A stretch of DNA of 64,000 bases from Plasmodiophora brassicae. Taxonomy: Eukaryota. The position numbers were made by a program, and so were the translations under genes. Every line of letters starts with the position of its first letter. Position 1 is the first letter of the stretch. The notes below the pieces were generated by a model. That model did not search any database. It saw only the letters and a list, made by a program, of their open reading frames with translations, and had not been told where the DNA came from. The DNA is taken from contig CP145426.1 in assembly GCA_036867785.1 (NCBI GenBank), positions 310,001-374,000 on the forward strand, read 5' to 3'. Positions 1 through 13,389 of the stretch are shown in pieces.

Positions 1-880
1 ATGTGTTCTACTGTCGCCACGGACAGTCCCTGAGTCTCGCGGTTCATCCGACCAATCTCGTCCACGTGTACACCATGGATGCGATGTGCTGCACGAGGGC
101 ATGCATATCAAGGTACTGTGCAGCTTCCAGCATACGCATTCGATCAGTAGGTTAACGCGAACCCAGCGACCCACACTGCCACTCTGTGACTTCAGGTGGT
201 ACGGTAATCAGTGTTGTATCGATCATCGATGATCGAAGGGAACGACTTACATCACTGGCATCAACTGTCGCGACGTAGTCTGCCAACAATGCCAGCGCTC
301 TGTCAGCGACGCCCTTCATGGGCAAGGGGTTGTAGACGAATTCTGCTCTCCAACATCTTCGACGGTATTCTGCAGAACACCGGAGTGGGCGATGGCACGC
401 TCGGTGTTGACCTGCATGCCAAACGGACCTGCCGTCTTTGTCACGGAGGTACAGCACAACGGGGATCCCGTAACTGACGCCAACGATCAGGATAATGTAC
501 GTCAGCACGACATGTGGGTCACGCCCGCCGACAGTCATTGGCAATCGCTGATCCGCGTTCCGGACACTGCGGCTGCTCTAGTTCAGGGCAAATGTCAGAT
601 TGAGACGGGAGACCTGCCGGCCGGTGCCCGCCCAGAGGACTGCGCGCCAGGCATCACCAGGAACCTCGGCGAGCTAATGTAGGTAGGCACATCTGCTACC
701 AGGACGGCTCCGAGCAAGCAGACGTTCGGCAAGCAAGGGGGCGACCCTGCTGTGACGCACAGTCCGCCCGGCCCTGGCCGCAGCCGGCAGGCCACAGGCC
801 ACAGGCCACACTGCCCGGAGCAGAACTGCGCCACATGCCACTGCAGTCTTGGTGTCCGTGTGCCTTTGGCATACAGAAAG

Positions 881-1000
881 GGGACGTACTTTTTCATCCC
901 GCGGGATCACATCCCGCGGGATGAAACGTCATATTGATCCCGCGGGGCGAAGCGGCATTTCCCGCGGGACGAATCTATAGGTTCATCCCGCGGACGAAAA
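881..1000. repeat. Left imperfect TIR of the MULE (ATCCCGCGGGA motif cluster)
   Basis: atcccgcgggatgaaac...attgatcccgcggggcgaa matches the reverse complement of 5936-6013 (ttcccgcgggatgacac...attgatcccgcgggacgaa). Confidence 0.7.
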
Positions 1001-1050
1001 GCCAGCGTGTCGTGCTCAGGAAGGAGTAGTTGGTGCGTCGGGTACAGGAC

Positions 1051-1272
1051 GGAGCCAGTCTCACTCGACGGTCAGCTGTTTGACCTAGCGGGCTCATTCT
1101 TTCCGTCAGGAACAATAGACTTAACAATTACGCCAGAACAAATGCAACCGCCAGCCGCGGGTGGAGGATGGAGCCGGTCTCCCGGTCTCGCTCGACGGGC
1201 AGCTGTTTGTCAACGGCGACTAACGCAGATCTTCACTGGTGCTCATTCGCTATATCATGAACAATAGACTTT
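1051..1272. repeat. Imperfect subterminal direct repeat (two copies)
   Basis: ggagcc(a/g)gtctc...ctcgacgg(t/g)cagctgtttg...gctcattc...gaacaatagactt at about 1051-1122 and 1170-1272. Confidence 0.6.
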
Positions 1273-1292
1273 AAGGCGGTGTTGCAACTTTA

Positions 1293-2346
1293 CTATTTGT
1301 TATCGAGGTAGAAATCGGCGTGCAAAAACCAGTACATCCAGCGCAACCTCATGACGTCCATGCACGACGACTTGAACGTTACCGGAAGGCTTCTGGCAAG
1401 AGCTTCCGCCATTGTCAAAACAAGCATGCCGCAATTGCAATCGTCCAATTGGCGCGGTCCCGCCAAGACTCTCGTCTCGAAAGGCTTGGCAGGAAACGCC
1501 GAAGTCGCCCAGGGCATGATGGCATTGGTCGCGATGGATCGCAGACGAGCGGTGTAGGTTGGATCGCAAAGACTGTCGTACAGGTACACCAGCCCCAAGG
1601 CAGCGTCGACGACGACCAGACACCAATGCACATTGAAGAACTAGGTACCATGAAACCAGCAGTGAGCAAAACCCGTAAGTCAACAGCAGAATGGATTGGA
1701 CTTACGTTGACTGGACAAAGGAACATCGTTGCGCTCGAGTCACATTCGGCGATGACTCCCCACCTGCCGTGGTCGTTCATCTCGACTTTGCACGGCGCCA
1801 CGTGCGTGCTGTCCTTTGAAATCAGAGTCATTGCCTCGTGAACGACGGACGAGTTAAGCCACGATCTGTGAGCCAGGTGGAAGATCAGGTCGTGGAATGA
1901 CAGCTTGATGACTTTTGAGACGTCCGAAACGCTCATCGGAGAGCGAAGTTCGTACAGGACAAATTGCGCCATTCCCTCGGCATCCAAGCCATCGAGTGGA
2001 ATGGGCGGCTGGCGACGCCTCTTCTCCCGACCCTCGAACGTCAAAAGCCAATCCAAGACCTGGCGTACACGTGGCCGCATCATAACGGCTTCGTGCAGTC
2101 GCGTCATTATGACTACAAGTTTACTGAAACATATAACAAGTCAATGTGCAAGTCCAGATGGAAGAGGCAAACCACTTACTAGCTCAGAGCAGCATCGCAG
2201 CACCCGGGAAACATTATACCAGGGTCTCTATCTTCGCCGGTCCCAAGTTCAGTCGACATACGATCCCACTCCCTATCCACAAGTGGATCTACGACTGGGG
2301 GACACTCAATCAGGGAGTCGGCAAATAGGAGATCGTCCAGCGGCAT
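1293..2346 (-). CDS. Ulp1/SENP-family (peptidase C48) cysteine protease domain, multi-exon; 5' extent uncertain
   Basis: WLNSSVV, HWCLVVVD, YLYDSL and QLDDCNCGMLV give the His-Asp-(Gln)-Cys arrangement of C48 proteases across ORFs 1415-2107 and 1293-1631. Confidence 0.8.
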
Positions 2347-3317
2347 CAACGCAGCGAAGTCCTATGGGATGACGTCAGAGAGGGCCAACAGCACACGCGG
2401 CAGCATAGCCCACTGCTTGTGCCGGTAACCCGGCTACATCAAGAAAGCATGGCTGTGACCCAGACTTCACCAAAACGGGTGGAATCTGGGTCACGTCGTC
2501 TTCAAAGTCAATTAACTTTGAATGCTGAATCCTACTGTAGGCTTGTACACTCGACAAGTGACCATCGGGGTTATGATCCGGCAAACGTGGAACGGAATCC
2601 ACCATAAAACTGTGTAGCTGCATCATCGCAGCCAGCGGCTCCCTAACCGACACACGTTACATAGGCATGTTGCAGCCAGGATGAATACCGAACCTTGCAT
2701 AGTATAGGGGCACCCCTGACAAACGAACGGCGGACACGTGATCATCGGCAGTAGAAGAGGATTTCGAAAACGCTTTGAGACACCGTCCAACCAGAGCCAG
2801 GGGGAATATTACGTCCGAATCATGCGCAATCTGTGCATGTCCTTCAGGGAGACATTCAAGGTACACTCGCTTCTTGGCCCAGGATTCATCGATCTGTGAA
2901 ACAGTCAAAATTAAGCTTCAGATGGAGCTGGCAGCAGGATCTTAAATAGCGTATCCTACGTGACGGCGGCAGGTCTGCAAACACTCCTGGATCCCCAGAT
3001 AGCTTCGAGCGCTGACGGCAGCGTCAGTGCCAGCAACAGCCAGTTACGACGCAGCAGCTGGTACCTCATTATTTGTGTAGCGTACCAGATGACAGAAAAC
3101 ACAGACTCTAGCGGCCGGGTGACTGATCAGACATGTGTAAACAGCCCATCAACGATGTACTAACCATGGTCGTGCTGGCGATGAAGAACGTGATCTCCGC
3201 GTGGCGAACTTTCGGTTTCAGCCAATGCACCATCGTTGTTGGACACATCCTCCTCCGCTCCGTGATCTGTATTCAGGTCGCGTCAACAGGCAGGGGGAAC
3301 GTTAACCACGAAGTAAG

Positions 3318-5864
3318 CTAACCTTGCTGACGACTATCGTAAAACGGACATTTGCGCCCTGAACGATGATCTGTTGCGGTGACGCCATTTCGCAGACACG
3401 CATGACACTTGGCGGCCTGCCTGTCCGTTGCAGAACGGGCGTCAAGTCGAGACGTGCGTTGAACACGATCAGGCAGTCGGCCACGCATTGCCCCCTGCCG
3501 CAACGGAGGACGAACGGCAACGTGAGCTTCTTGAGGATCCGCTGCGTGTCGAGCGCCAGCAAGATGCGACTGAAACTCGGTTTGCAAGGAGGCAAACGTG
3601 GACATCAAGCGCCGATACAAGTGCTCGTTGGATCGGGCATCATGAACCAAACGCCCAAATGCCTCGGTGAGTTTTCGATACCGAACCTCCTGTTTCGACG
3701 GGTAGACGACTCGGTGATAAATATCGTCCTGGGATGCACGAACTGACACTGCTGGTTCATCAACCACGATACTGTCGCACGAAGCGTCACGTTCTGGAAG
3801 CATTGCATGATCTCCACCGGCTGCCGGCGCGTCAGGGACGCGAAGGTTCCGCCTCACTGCCTCGTATTGTGGATGAAGGCGAAGCCACCATCGGCGGTGG
3901 ACGTACTGCAAACTGAAGATATCATCTTGCGTGCGATTGAAGACAGCACAAATGCCGCTACACGGAATTAGTGTAGACCTACGAGAATAATCAGGAAGAT
4001 ATGAAGCACAACGCAAAGACTGTACCTAACCTGAACTCGGGGCACGTGCAAGATGGAATGTTGCCAAGGGATACATCGCCGAGCATTACGTGGTGTCGAT
4101 CCGGCTGGTCAGAGGTTCCCACTTCGTACTCCCCTAAACAGATGTCACTGTAGGTAAACCCCAAACTGAATGCAGTATAGACTCTCACCTGTATCCACCT
4201 CCCTAACTGAACTGAGAAGGCGCGAATTGAGCTGTCTCTCTCGAAAAATGCTGTCAACGTAGTCGCTCCAATGCTTGCCCTTGCGAATAAGGTTAGACAA
4301 TAGTCTTGCCGCCTCGTCCTCCTGTTGTTTCTGTATCATTTCCAGATGCGTGAACATCTCGAATAAGTTCGCGCGTGAGAGCCACGGCTGCACATCGCGT
4401 TTGGTACGGCTGATCGTGCCTTCTGCCCGCTGGTTTGACGAGTGTGATCCGGTAAACTTACAACTGGTGAATGTACGACAAAGTTGTTGTCTCTTGTCAA
4501 CAATGTCGTCGAAGAGTTTCACGGCTCCACCGTACTGTAGAAACATGAGGCGATACTCGTCCGCCTTCGCGAAGAACGCGTCTTCGGACGGAAATATGTG
4601 ATAAACTAGCGTGTTCGCCTTGATCATGAACTCCTTCCCCTCGTGGCCAAGCCCTATAATGATGTTGTCTAAGAATTCGATAACGGCAGTACGAGAGTCG
4701 CAGAAACTAATTACCTGCACAGGCGCGAGCTATCTTCGCCTGATAATGCTTGGTGCATTGGTGGTACACCATATCGCATTCCACGGCAGCTGCCCGAAAT
4801 GCTAGAGCGTCGTCGGCGATCAGAACAGACTCGCTTCGTTTCACCCTAAAGTATTCTAGCGTCTTCACGACGTCCGCTTTGTTTTCAGCGGAGGGCCCAG
4901 CCATCGCGCCAACCACATACGACTTGCCTATTACCCATTGCGGTCACGCAAAGATATTGATCACAGCACGACAAACGTACCAAGGCAATCGATAACGGTG
5001 ACCGGAAGGAACACAAAGCCGTACGCGTTCATCTTCGCGCCGCCGTCGATTTGTACAACGTCGTTGTACACAGACGCGAACTGAAGCCCTTCAGCGCGCG
5101 CTAGCCAGATTTTTTCCAATCGACAATCGACATCGATGTCGATTTCAAAGAAACCTCCGTGTTCTTCGTAGCTTCGTCCCAGGTTGATAAGGGCGTTCAT
5201 AGCATCACGATCGCCGCCGAACGCCTGCAGTTTCCCCTTCCGCAGAAGACGGTGCAATAATGGCTTCTGAATTCTGCAGTCTGGAAATTGATCGGACAGC
5301 ATGCGTGTGACCTGTAACATAGTTATACACGGAAAGGAGCTCGTAATCTCCATTTACCATTGGAAACGGAAGGGAATACTTGCCCAGGTTAATTATGTAC
5401 GACAACTGGTCAGGAGTCAAATCCCGTTGGTCATTGACAATTACTGTCGTTGGAGATGGGATCATCACAAGGTGGTTGTGGGACAGACAGAATCTGTCCC
5501 CCTTAATGACGTATTGCCGTCGTCCAACATCGTACGTGAACGGAATGTTCAACGAACACGACGACTTCACTGACCGATCAGCTTTCTCCGACTCGGTCTT
5601 AAAGTTGCAGTATCCATCACCTGACGATGGCTTATGAGTAGGAACCAACGACGCAGTGAAGGAACGAAATAACGAACCACGCGCCCAGGCTCCTTCGTGT
5701 CCGAACAACTCTACAGAGCGAGATGCCTTGGCGAACGTTTTGAACTTTATGATGACCTGTGAAAAATGTCAAAATAATGGTACTTCAATTCACGGTTGGA
5801 TAGACGCTTGGGCGGCCTCGTCAACGCTCGCCATCTCAATCTCAACCAGATCAATGCTCGCCAT
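3318..5864 (-). CDS. MULE/FAR1-type DDE transposase with SWIM finger and C-terminal zinc knuckle (multi-exon)
   Basis: FAR1-like C..HNH segment; VVQIDGGAKMNAYG (D1); LIADD (D2); CTKH; SNQRAEG (E); SWIM CTCPEF..LIPC; CHAC..DH..C knuckle. ORF pieces join at short GT-AG introns. Confidence 0.85.
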
Positions 5865-5935
5865 CCACACACAGCTCAGAAATGCGCAGCGCTGGGTCAC
5901 GGACAGCGAACGCGGGCACCCGCAGTAAAGCAGCA

Positions 5936-6013
5936 GCTCGCGGGACGAATGGCATTTTTCGTCCCGCGGGATCAATCGGGGGTGTCATCCCGCGGGAAGA
6001 GAAACAATTTCCC
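5936..6013. repeat. Right imperfect TIR of the MULE
   Basis: Inverted counterpart of 881-1000, ending ...aatttccc, about 70 bp upstream of the transposase ATG. Confidence 0.7.
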
Positions 6014-6201
6014 ATAACGTGCTGCGCCCACGCGAGTTATCACACGTCTTTCCCGATTCGGCTCGGTGACCCGTGGAAGCCCTGCGCGCAACTTGCATGC
6101 TGTGGTAGAACGGTTACACACCCGGCATCAGGTGTGGTTGTAGTTGACTTCCAGCATCGAGCGACTGTGACGGAGGCTTGTCATGGGGTGAACAGTTGTG
6201 G

Positions 6202-7316
6202 CATCCGCATGTGGTTCAAGCCGTGTCACATGGGAAGACTTGCTGGTCGCGAACTGGCGCTGCGGATCCAGGCACAGTACAGGCACGCCAGCGTTAACAT
6301 TGAACAAGGCATAATTGTTGACAAAGCTGAGGATGACGACAGCGCCGTCCGACGCGACCTGCTGCTTGCCATGCAGGTGTGATCCACCACGCATCACATA
6401 ACGAGTGAGCGGCCACGGTACCTTCCTGCCAGTTCGCGCGTCCTCGAACCACGAGTGGCACGACGACATCTCGGTCTTGTCGCTAAGCACGAACAGACGT
6501 CCAGTCTTGGATGTTATCGCGCGGAACCGATCTGCCTCGCGGGAGTTCGTAGAGCGAAAACGCGCCGTCGAAAGGCATGTTACTGGCGTGCATGAAATCA
6601 GGTGCAAAGCCGCATGCGGCACATGGCGTAAGCTCCATCGTTGGCTCGACTGCGCCCTGAGGTTTCACTGCGATTACATGGTGCGACTGGCAATCGGACC
6701 TGTCTGCCGCGGACTGCATACTTTCTTACTGCCATGGCGGACTGCTGTCGATCGGCATGCTGTCGCCACGCGCCCGCATTCTGGACAATGCTGTCCGTCG
6801 CATCGTGGGCGCGCCTGTTGTGCGTCACTCGTTGCCAGTCGCACCATGTAATCGCAGTGCAACCTCAGGGCGCAGTCGAGCCAACGATGGAGCTTACGCC
6901 ATGTGCCGCATGCGGCTTTGCACCTGATTTCATGCACGCCAGTAACAAGCCTTTCGACGGCGCGTTTTCGCTCAACGAAGCCCCGCGAGGGCGGCGAGGC
7001 AGATCGGTTCCGCGCGATATCATCCGAGACTGGACGTCTGTTCGTGGTTAGCGACAAGACCGAGATGTCGTCGTGCCACTCGTGGTTCGAGGACGCACGA
7101 ACTGGCAGGAAGGTACCGTGGCCGCTCACTCGTTATGTGATGCGTGGTGGACCACACCTGCATCGCGATGGCGCTGTCGTCATCCTCAGCTTTGTCAACA
7201 ATTATGCCTTGTTCAATGTTAAGGCTGGCGTGCCTGTACTGTGCCTGGATCCGCAGCGCCAGTTCGCGACCAGAAAGTCTTCCCATGTGACACGGCTTGA
7301 ACCGCATGCGGGATGC
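6202..7316. repeat. Long inverted duplication: arms about 6202-6693 and 6832-7316, spacer about 140 bp
   Basis: Near-identical peptides on opposite strands (ORFs 6405+ and 7129-; 6622- and 6903+). Arm ends matched by eye; a few substitutions and two small indels. Confidence 0.9.
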
Positions 7317-7684
7317 TACGTATGTGCTGTGCATCATCTGCGCAGATGATGCACAGCACATTCCGCACTTGGTGCAATGCCCGCGTACCACATGACAAGG
7401 ACGCTGCCTTGGCGTTTGAGGGGGCCGCCGGAGAAGAGCATGCATGCGCATGCTCTTCCGCAGCGTAGCGACGTCGTGCCAGCGACTGCGCCGGTATGCC
7501 TACAGAACGACATGCCGCGAGCGCCATGTCGACGGGGGCCACCCCTTCATCCAGTCATGCTTGGCGAATGACGGAGGCGGCGATGGATTCCGCGAACACC
7601 ACGTCGGGGGTAGTTGCGGTGACCGGCTCCGTCAGCGGACGGGCGACTGCGGCGGCGGAGTTGGCAGTTGCCGTCGTGTGCGGG

Positions 7685-10600
7685 ATGGAGGTCGACTGCA
7701 CACTGCTGCGCTCCGTCGTCCAGGACGCCTGGAACGGACAGTACACGATCGACCACCTGAACAAGACGCTGGTCCGGTTCCAGGATGCGCTGGCGAACCC
7801 GTTGCAGCAGGCGGTGCGTGCGTGCGCGCGCGACGGCGCGTCCATCGTCTCTCGCGGGCGCGCGCTGACTTGTCACAGGCGCCGGACGCCGATAGCCGGG
7901 CGAAGATCCAGTCCAGGAGCGTCCGCCTTGCCGGCGAAGTACAGGAGATCACGTTGCAGAGCGATGTCGTTGCATGGGTACTGCCGGGTCGCATGCGCTG
8001 TGTTCGACGCGGAACGTTTACGTGTGTTTCAGATTCTGGAATTCAGTGACGCTGTCGAGCTGAACGAGCTGGACGTTCTTCGCCTGCTCCTGCAAGCGTT
8101 CAGGATGGTTTGTCGTGTGCGACCCGTCAGACGAGTGCGATCCTTCCAACACGTCGCCTGTGTGTAGGACCCTGATGATCGTCGGCGGTGTGACAGCGAG
8201 AAAGACACTGCAGTGTCGCTGTATTTCTCACAGCGCGAAGACCTTCTCGTTGCGCTGCTTGATATTGTGCAAATGGTTGGCGATGACGCCGACTCAAGCC
8301 CGAGTCTCGCCCGCGCGATGCAGTCGTTCTTTGACCGGCTGAAGGACGCCAACCTTGTCAGGAACTGTATCGACCGAATTCGCGTACTGCGCTCGTAGCC
8401 TGTTCGACGCCGACAATGGCTCTGACTGAGTGTTTCGTAGTTCTTGTCCCGCATGAAGCTGTCTGTGTATATGACCTATGTAGACAACGAAATTCGACTG
8501 CTCGCGCTTATCCTTTTTTACATCGAAATGCATTCTGGCCTGGACAACAGGACTTCGTCCCAAGGCCAACATTCAAACGTTGTTGCCTTGTGCACCGTTG
8601 CCGGTACGTTAACCGCGCCACGTTCGGTTGAGAGGCGTCCTGACAGTAATTGTTTCAGAGGAAATGTCGCTATCCATTCCTTCCGTTCGGACGCATTACC
8701 AACAGCAGAACAATGTTCTTGCCCACTGTCATTCCCTCACTACGGTACGATTATTCGTCACTGCTCGCCTATTGTCAGCCTTACCATTGGCCCGCAGTCG
8801 ATTTACATTATTCTAACGACGATCATCAATGCTGTATCGCAAACGGCAGGCGGAATCGATCTGCCGAAATGGGCGCCACCTGGGACGCCTAGCCCTCTGT
8901 TTGCATCATACGACCTCATGCGCAAGATCATTGGCGCAGTTGTTCCAAGTGCTCTTGGCGACACTGATCTGGCTACCGTCGCGTTTGATGGTCTTTCCGG
9001 TTTCGGCGCATTTGTCAACCAAATGCCTACATTGTCTCCGAAATCGCAAATCGACATTTGTGATTGCCTGGCGAAATTCGTCGTCTACTTCTTGGGTCGT
9101 CACTTCTCAACTGTCCGGTCGACCAAGAACCCGGGCGCTTTGCTGAGTCTGATTGGCTCGCTTATTGCCGCGATTGCCAACGTTTCTGAAGACCACGTTG
9201 CTGTGTTTTGTAAGGGCATTCGCAAGAAGACGGATAACATGTATCTGATGTATTTGCTTTAGGGCGATGCAAGGCTGTGTCAGACTTGCTGCACGCGCTT
9301 GACCTCGATACACCTCCTGACAGTCCCCGGTTCTCATCCTTCTGCGACCTTATCGTCGCGTTGAGTCGTGGCGATGATGGGCCACGTGCTGTCCAATTCC
9401 TTGCTGGTGCGAAGGGCACGAACTGGCACCGGATTTTCGACTTGTTCCATCGCGCCATCCGAGACATGTCGTTGGCTCCATCCAAAGGTCCAACATCAGC
9501 GCCTGTCGCCCAGGTTACTTCCTTGCTCCCGCTTGACATCAGCATTTTGTGTGACCTCGTTCGTCTCGTTGAGGCGATGGCTCGTTGCAGATCGAGTGTC
9601 TTGTCGCCGTAAGTGTTTGACGTATTTATGCTGCCACGACTAAAGGCCCTTTGTAGGTCTGTCCAACAACTTCAAGTTCTTGAAACGCTTTTCCAAATGG
9701 TTGTTTGTGCTTTCCCCGTTAGGTTGAAAGCGCGCATCCTGTCTGCCATTGCCGCTTACGTCGTGGGGCATCCAAGCGAGGTTGGTCAGGTTTGGGATCG
9801 CCTAGAAGGCGTACAGATCCTTGATACGCAACCTGTTCCGGGAACGAGCCCTCGACGAGGCCTCCAGCATGACCTGGAGGACGTCGAAGTTCCGGATGGG
9901 TCGTATCCTTTGACCACAGCGTTCCTGTCCCTGCTTCTCGCCTTGATGCCGTTGACGCCAACCTCTATGCGCGTCAAGCTTGGGGCTCCTTTGCGCGCTC
10001 CAGGTATTGCTCCGTACGTAACGTACGTTCGCACATCGATCCTGGCGCCTCTTTGCGGGCGCACGTACAATCTGCCCTCTGAAAAGTGGACGATCGCGTC
10101 CCTCTGCCTGCAATTCCTTTCGTACGTCATAGACGACAGTGATGTCGTCGAAAGCCTGATGTCCAGTCAGTCGCGAGAGCTGCGTGCAATCGTTGAGGTG
10201 ATTGAGTCCTGCGCTGCTTCTCAAGACGCCAACACGGGTGACGCCTTGCAAGCCGCGCTGGATCTGTTACGGGGCGCGCTAGAGCGACAGGATGACGTTG
10301 TGAAGCAGATGACACGTGCCAGTCGTGAACACGTTACGCTGTCGTCCGCTTTGCTCCGTCAACCGAACACCATCGGCATCATTTGCGGGCTGGTCGGCGC
10401 TCCTCCTGGTTCGTTCAAGGACCTCAGCGTTCAGGTCAACGCGGCCGATGTCCTGCAAGCGGTGGCGCTGCGGGATCCCACTCTGGTTGCTCGTCTTCTG
10501 TCTTCGCTTCGTCTCAGTGACAGCGTCCGCGCATCGTGGTCGACACAACTGCTCTGTGCCAGCTCGGATGCTGTGCTTCACGAACGCCTGAAGTCCACGA

Positions 10601-13249
10601 TCATCAGAACGATGACAGACACACTCGGAGGGCACTGGCCAAACATTGCCCATGTCCTTGTTGGGTTTGACACAACCAGCGCTGCGTGTGACGGCGCTCG
10701 CCTGGCTCATGCCAGCAACGGCTGCCTGACAGCCTTGATCGACCTGATATGCCGACCGGGCTGGTTGGCCGCCTGGCCACATTTAGGACAAATCTCGCTG
10801 CGTTTGATCTGCAATCTTCTGGAAGATCCCGTCACAAGAGCGCTGGTTCACCAGTTCATCTCCCTGCACTACGACTCGTTCTTCACGACATGTCTGCGCT
10901 CACTCCCGACCCTGGCGGATGCTGCGTCCTGCCCTCGTGAACGTCGTTCTGACTTCATGCTTCAGGAAGCGTGGCTTCTGAAGTCGATCGCCCTGGACCT
11001 GCAACTTCGTCGCCAGCTGGACCAGACCATGATGTTTGAGTCCACGTCGTCAGCGCTTGATTTACTCGGGCTGAGTACGGCGTACCTGCACCAGCTCACG
11101 CATCATGCAACGGCAACGCCCTCTTCGCCGCTAATGTTGACGCTACTCGACAGTATATACCCGGCGGTGGACGGCGGTCTTCCTGAATACGGCGGCCTGG
11201 AACGCTCCACATGCAGTGTGATCGGGCGCGAGACGCTGTCCAATTGCATTGAGCAACGTGGCGAGCAGTTCGTGTGGAGGCTTGACCGCCTGCAGCAGGC
11301 TTCGCTGTCGTCCGGCCTGGATGCTGCAGCCGTTGTCGAGTCTGCGAAGCGCTTCAACCGGAACGTGTTCGTGCTGGAGGCGTCGCGAACGGCAGCTCGT
11401 TGCTGGTGTCAGCTGATCCAGGTTTGGATTCTGGAGCGCAATGACGCAGGCGATCGCCACATGCTACCGATTCTGCTTGAACTCCTGTCGTCACTTCTAT
11501 CCAAGCTTTCCGATGCGAACTGGGCTCCTGCGAGCGCGTCGTTTGCCACGACTGCCCTTGCGCTTGCCGTTCAGATCCGTTTGATCGCTCGCGGGGGCGG
11601 CGTCACTGCTGATCATCGGGTCATGGAAGGCGTTCTCTCCGGGATCATGGGCAGCCAGTCGCTGCCCGCGAAGAACCACCTGTTCGCATTGTTCTACGTG
11701 TACATGGACCTGCTCGGTGCATCTGCATCCAGGACGCGCGGCCGCGAATGGGCTCTGTCGCAATCGTTAGCGGACCTGAACATTTCGTCCACGCACCTGA
11801 TCCAGCGAATCGGTACGCACGCCATCAGTGGGCACGCGGCCACCCAGGCCCTCGCCGTCATGTTCCTAACAGCGTATCCTGTCGATCTCCTCGTCCCGTT
11901 ATTGGAACGCTCATCTCAGGTCGTCCTCTGCATGTCGTCATCGTTTATTTATGGGCACACTGATCCGCGTTGCAGATGGTTCGCTTTGTCCAAGTGCTGA
12001 CTGCCGGCAGCCAGTCGTTGCCTACTGCGCTTACGTCGTCCCCTGCGAACTATCACCTGGTGCTGTCTCTGGAGTCGCACCTGCTGTTCCTCGTGCACGT
12101 GGCGCAGTCGCCATCGGGCGCGAAAGCGCTGTTCTCCGCCGACGTCCTCGGCCGCATCGGTGAGGCGAACTATCTGTCGGCGCGACCGCCGCCCACCGTG
12201 CATACCGACTGCATGAACCCGTCCGCCATGCAGAAGTACCACCAGCTGCTTCTGCCGACCCTGCAGCTCGTGATCTCGCTGCTGACGACGATGCCGAATC
12301 GTCACGACGTGCACGCGCGTGTGCTGGACTTCCTCCTCGTCGCACACCTGAACGCGTTCACGGCCGTCGTCAGCGCACAACCGCCGGCGACGTCAGCGGA
12401 CCACCTCAGTGCGTTCCAGTACGCCGTCGCCATTGTCCTGGCGTTGGCCAGCGGGCCGAGCCACGCCCGCCCGGAGCTTGCGGCCATGGTCCAGCTCGTG
12501 CTGCAGCAGTTCCCTGTCCTGTCAACCCTGTTCCGCGACTCGATGAATTCGCAACCGCCGTCCCCATCCTACGCCGACCTGTACCGCGACCTGGTGTCGC
12601 TGTGCGCGTTCCTCGTCCAGCGCCGCCTCTACGTCTTTGACGCCAGCATCGACCCGAAGCTGGACACGACGGCCGCCGTTTCGACGTCCAAGGCGATGCC
12701 TCTCGGTGGGTTGACGAGGGTTATCGTATTGCGCTGACGGTCGCTGATCCGCTGCCTGACTCGCCAGGCCTTCTGATCTACTTCGCCATACCAAGCTCGC
12801 TGGGCGTCCTGCGAGACGCACGTCTGCGCAAGGCGCGTGCCGAAGAGATCCTGGGCCGGCTGGAGCGTTCCGAGGTTGATGGCGAGGCCGTTGAGGACGG
12901 GGCAGCGCCGTCGACGGCGACGTACCGCGACGAGATCGCATCGGCGATCGGTTCGGAGCGGACCGCGACCATGATCGCCCAGCAAGCCCTGCAGATCGTG
13001 TTCCTGTCGTTGCAGATGTACGGGACGGACGGCGACGCGGCCGACAGCGTTCGCCCGCATACGAGTCGCCTCCGACAGGCCGTCGAGCAATGTGAAGCGG
13101 CGCTCGGCGCCGATGACGAGCTCGTCGACAAGCAGGTCCGGCGTATCCGGAGCGAACTGGACGCCCTGGACGGCAAGGCGGCGGCGGCGGCGGCAGTAGC
13201 CGTCCCCGATGCCGGCAGTACGCCCGTTCCCCAACTGATGTACTTCTAA
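7685..13249 (+). CDS. NUP205: Nuclear pore scaffold nucleoporin Nup205/Nup192 (multi-exon; start could be slightly upstream)
   Basis: Large helical protein with VWDRLE..GLQHDLEDVE...YPLTTAFLSLL, LGAPLRAPGIAPY, RTY..PSEKW and PNIAHVLVGFD, as I recall them in Nup205/Nup192. Confidence 0.8.
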
Positions 13250-13389
13250 ACTCGGTCGCGTAACAACCGGTCGTCCGGGTACGTAACCAGGTCGTACAGA
13301 GATATTCGGCGCAGGGTCGGCCGATCGGGCGCAGCACAGTGTGGTACTCTGCACGTTGACAGTACGCAGACGACGACGTGGTGCTGGCG

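Larger units (their letters stand above)
881..6013 (-). mobile_element. Mutator-like (MULE) DNA transposon carrying a Ulp1-like protease
   Basis: Both ends start GGG and carry repeated palindromic TCCCGCGGGA motifs forming imperfect TIRs (about 881-1000 and 5936-6013). Internal MULE transposase and Ulp1 domain. No TSD found. Confidence 0.75.

Noticed and set aside
1-880. Coding fragments at the window start
   Set aside because: Short ORFs on both strands with no recognisable motif; neither strand nor product can be assigned.
870-6025. 9-bp target-site duplication for the MULE
   Set aside because: The flanking sequences do not match, so none is claimed.
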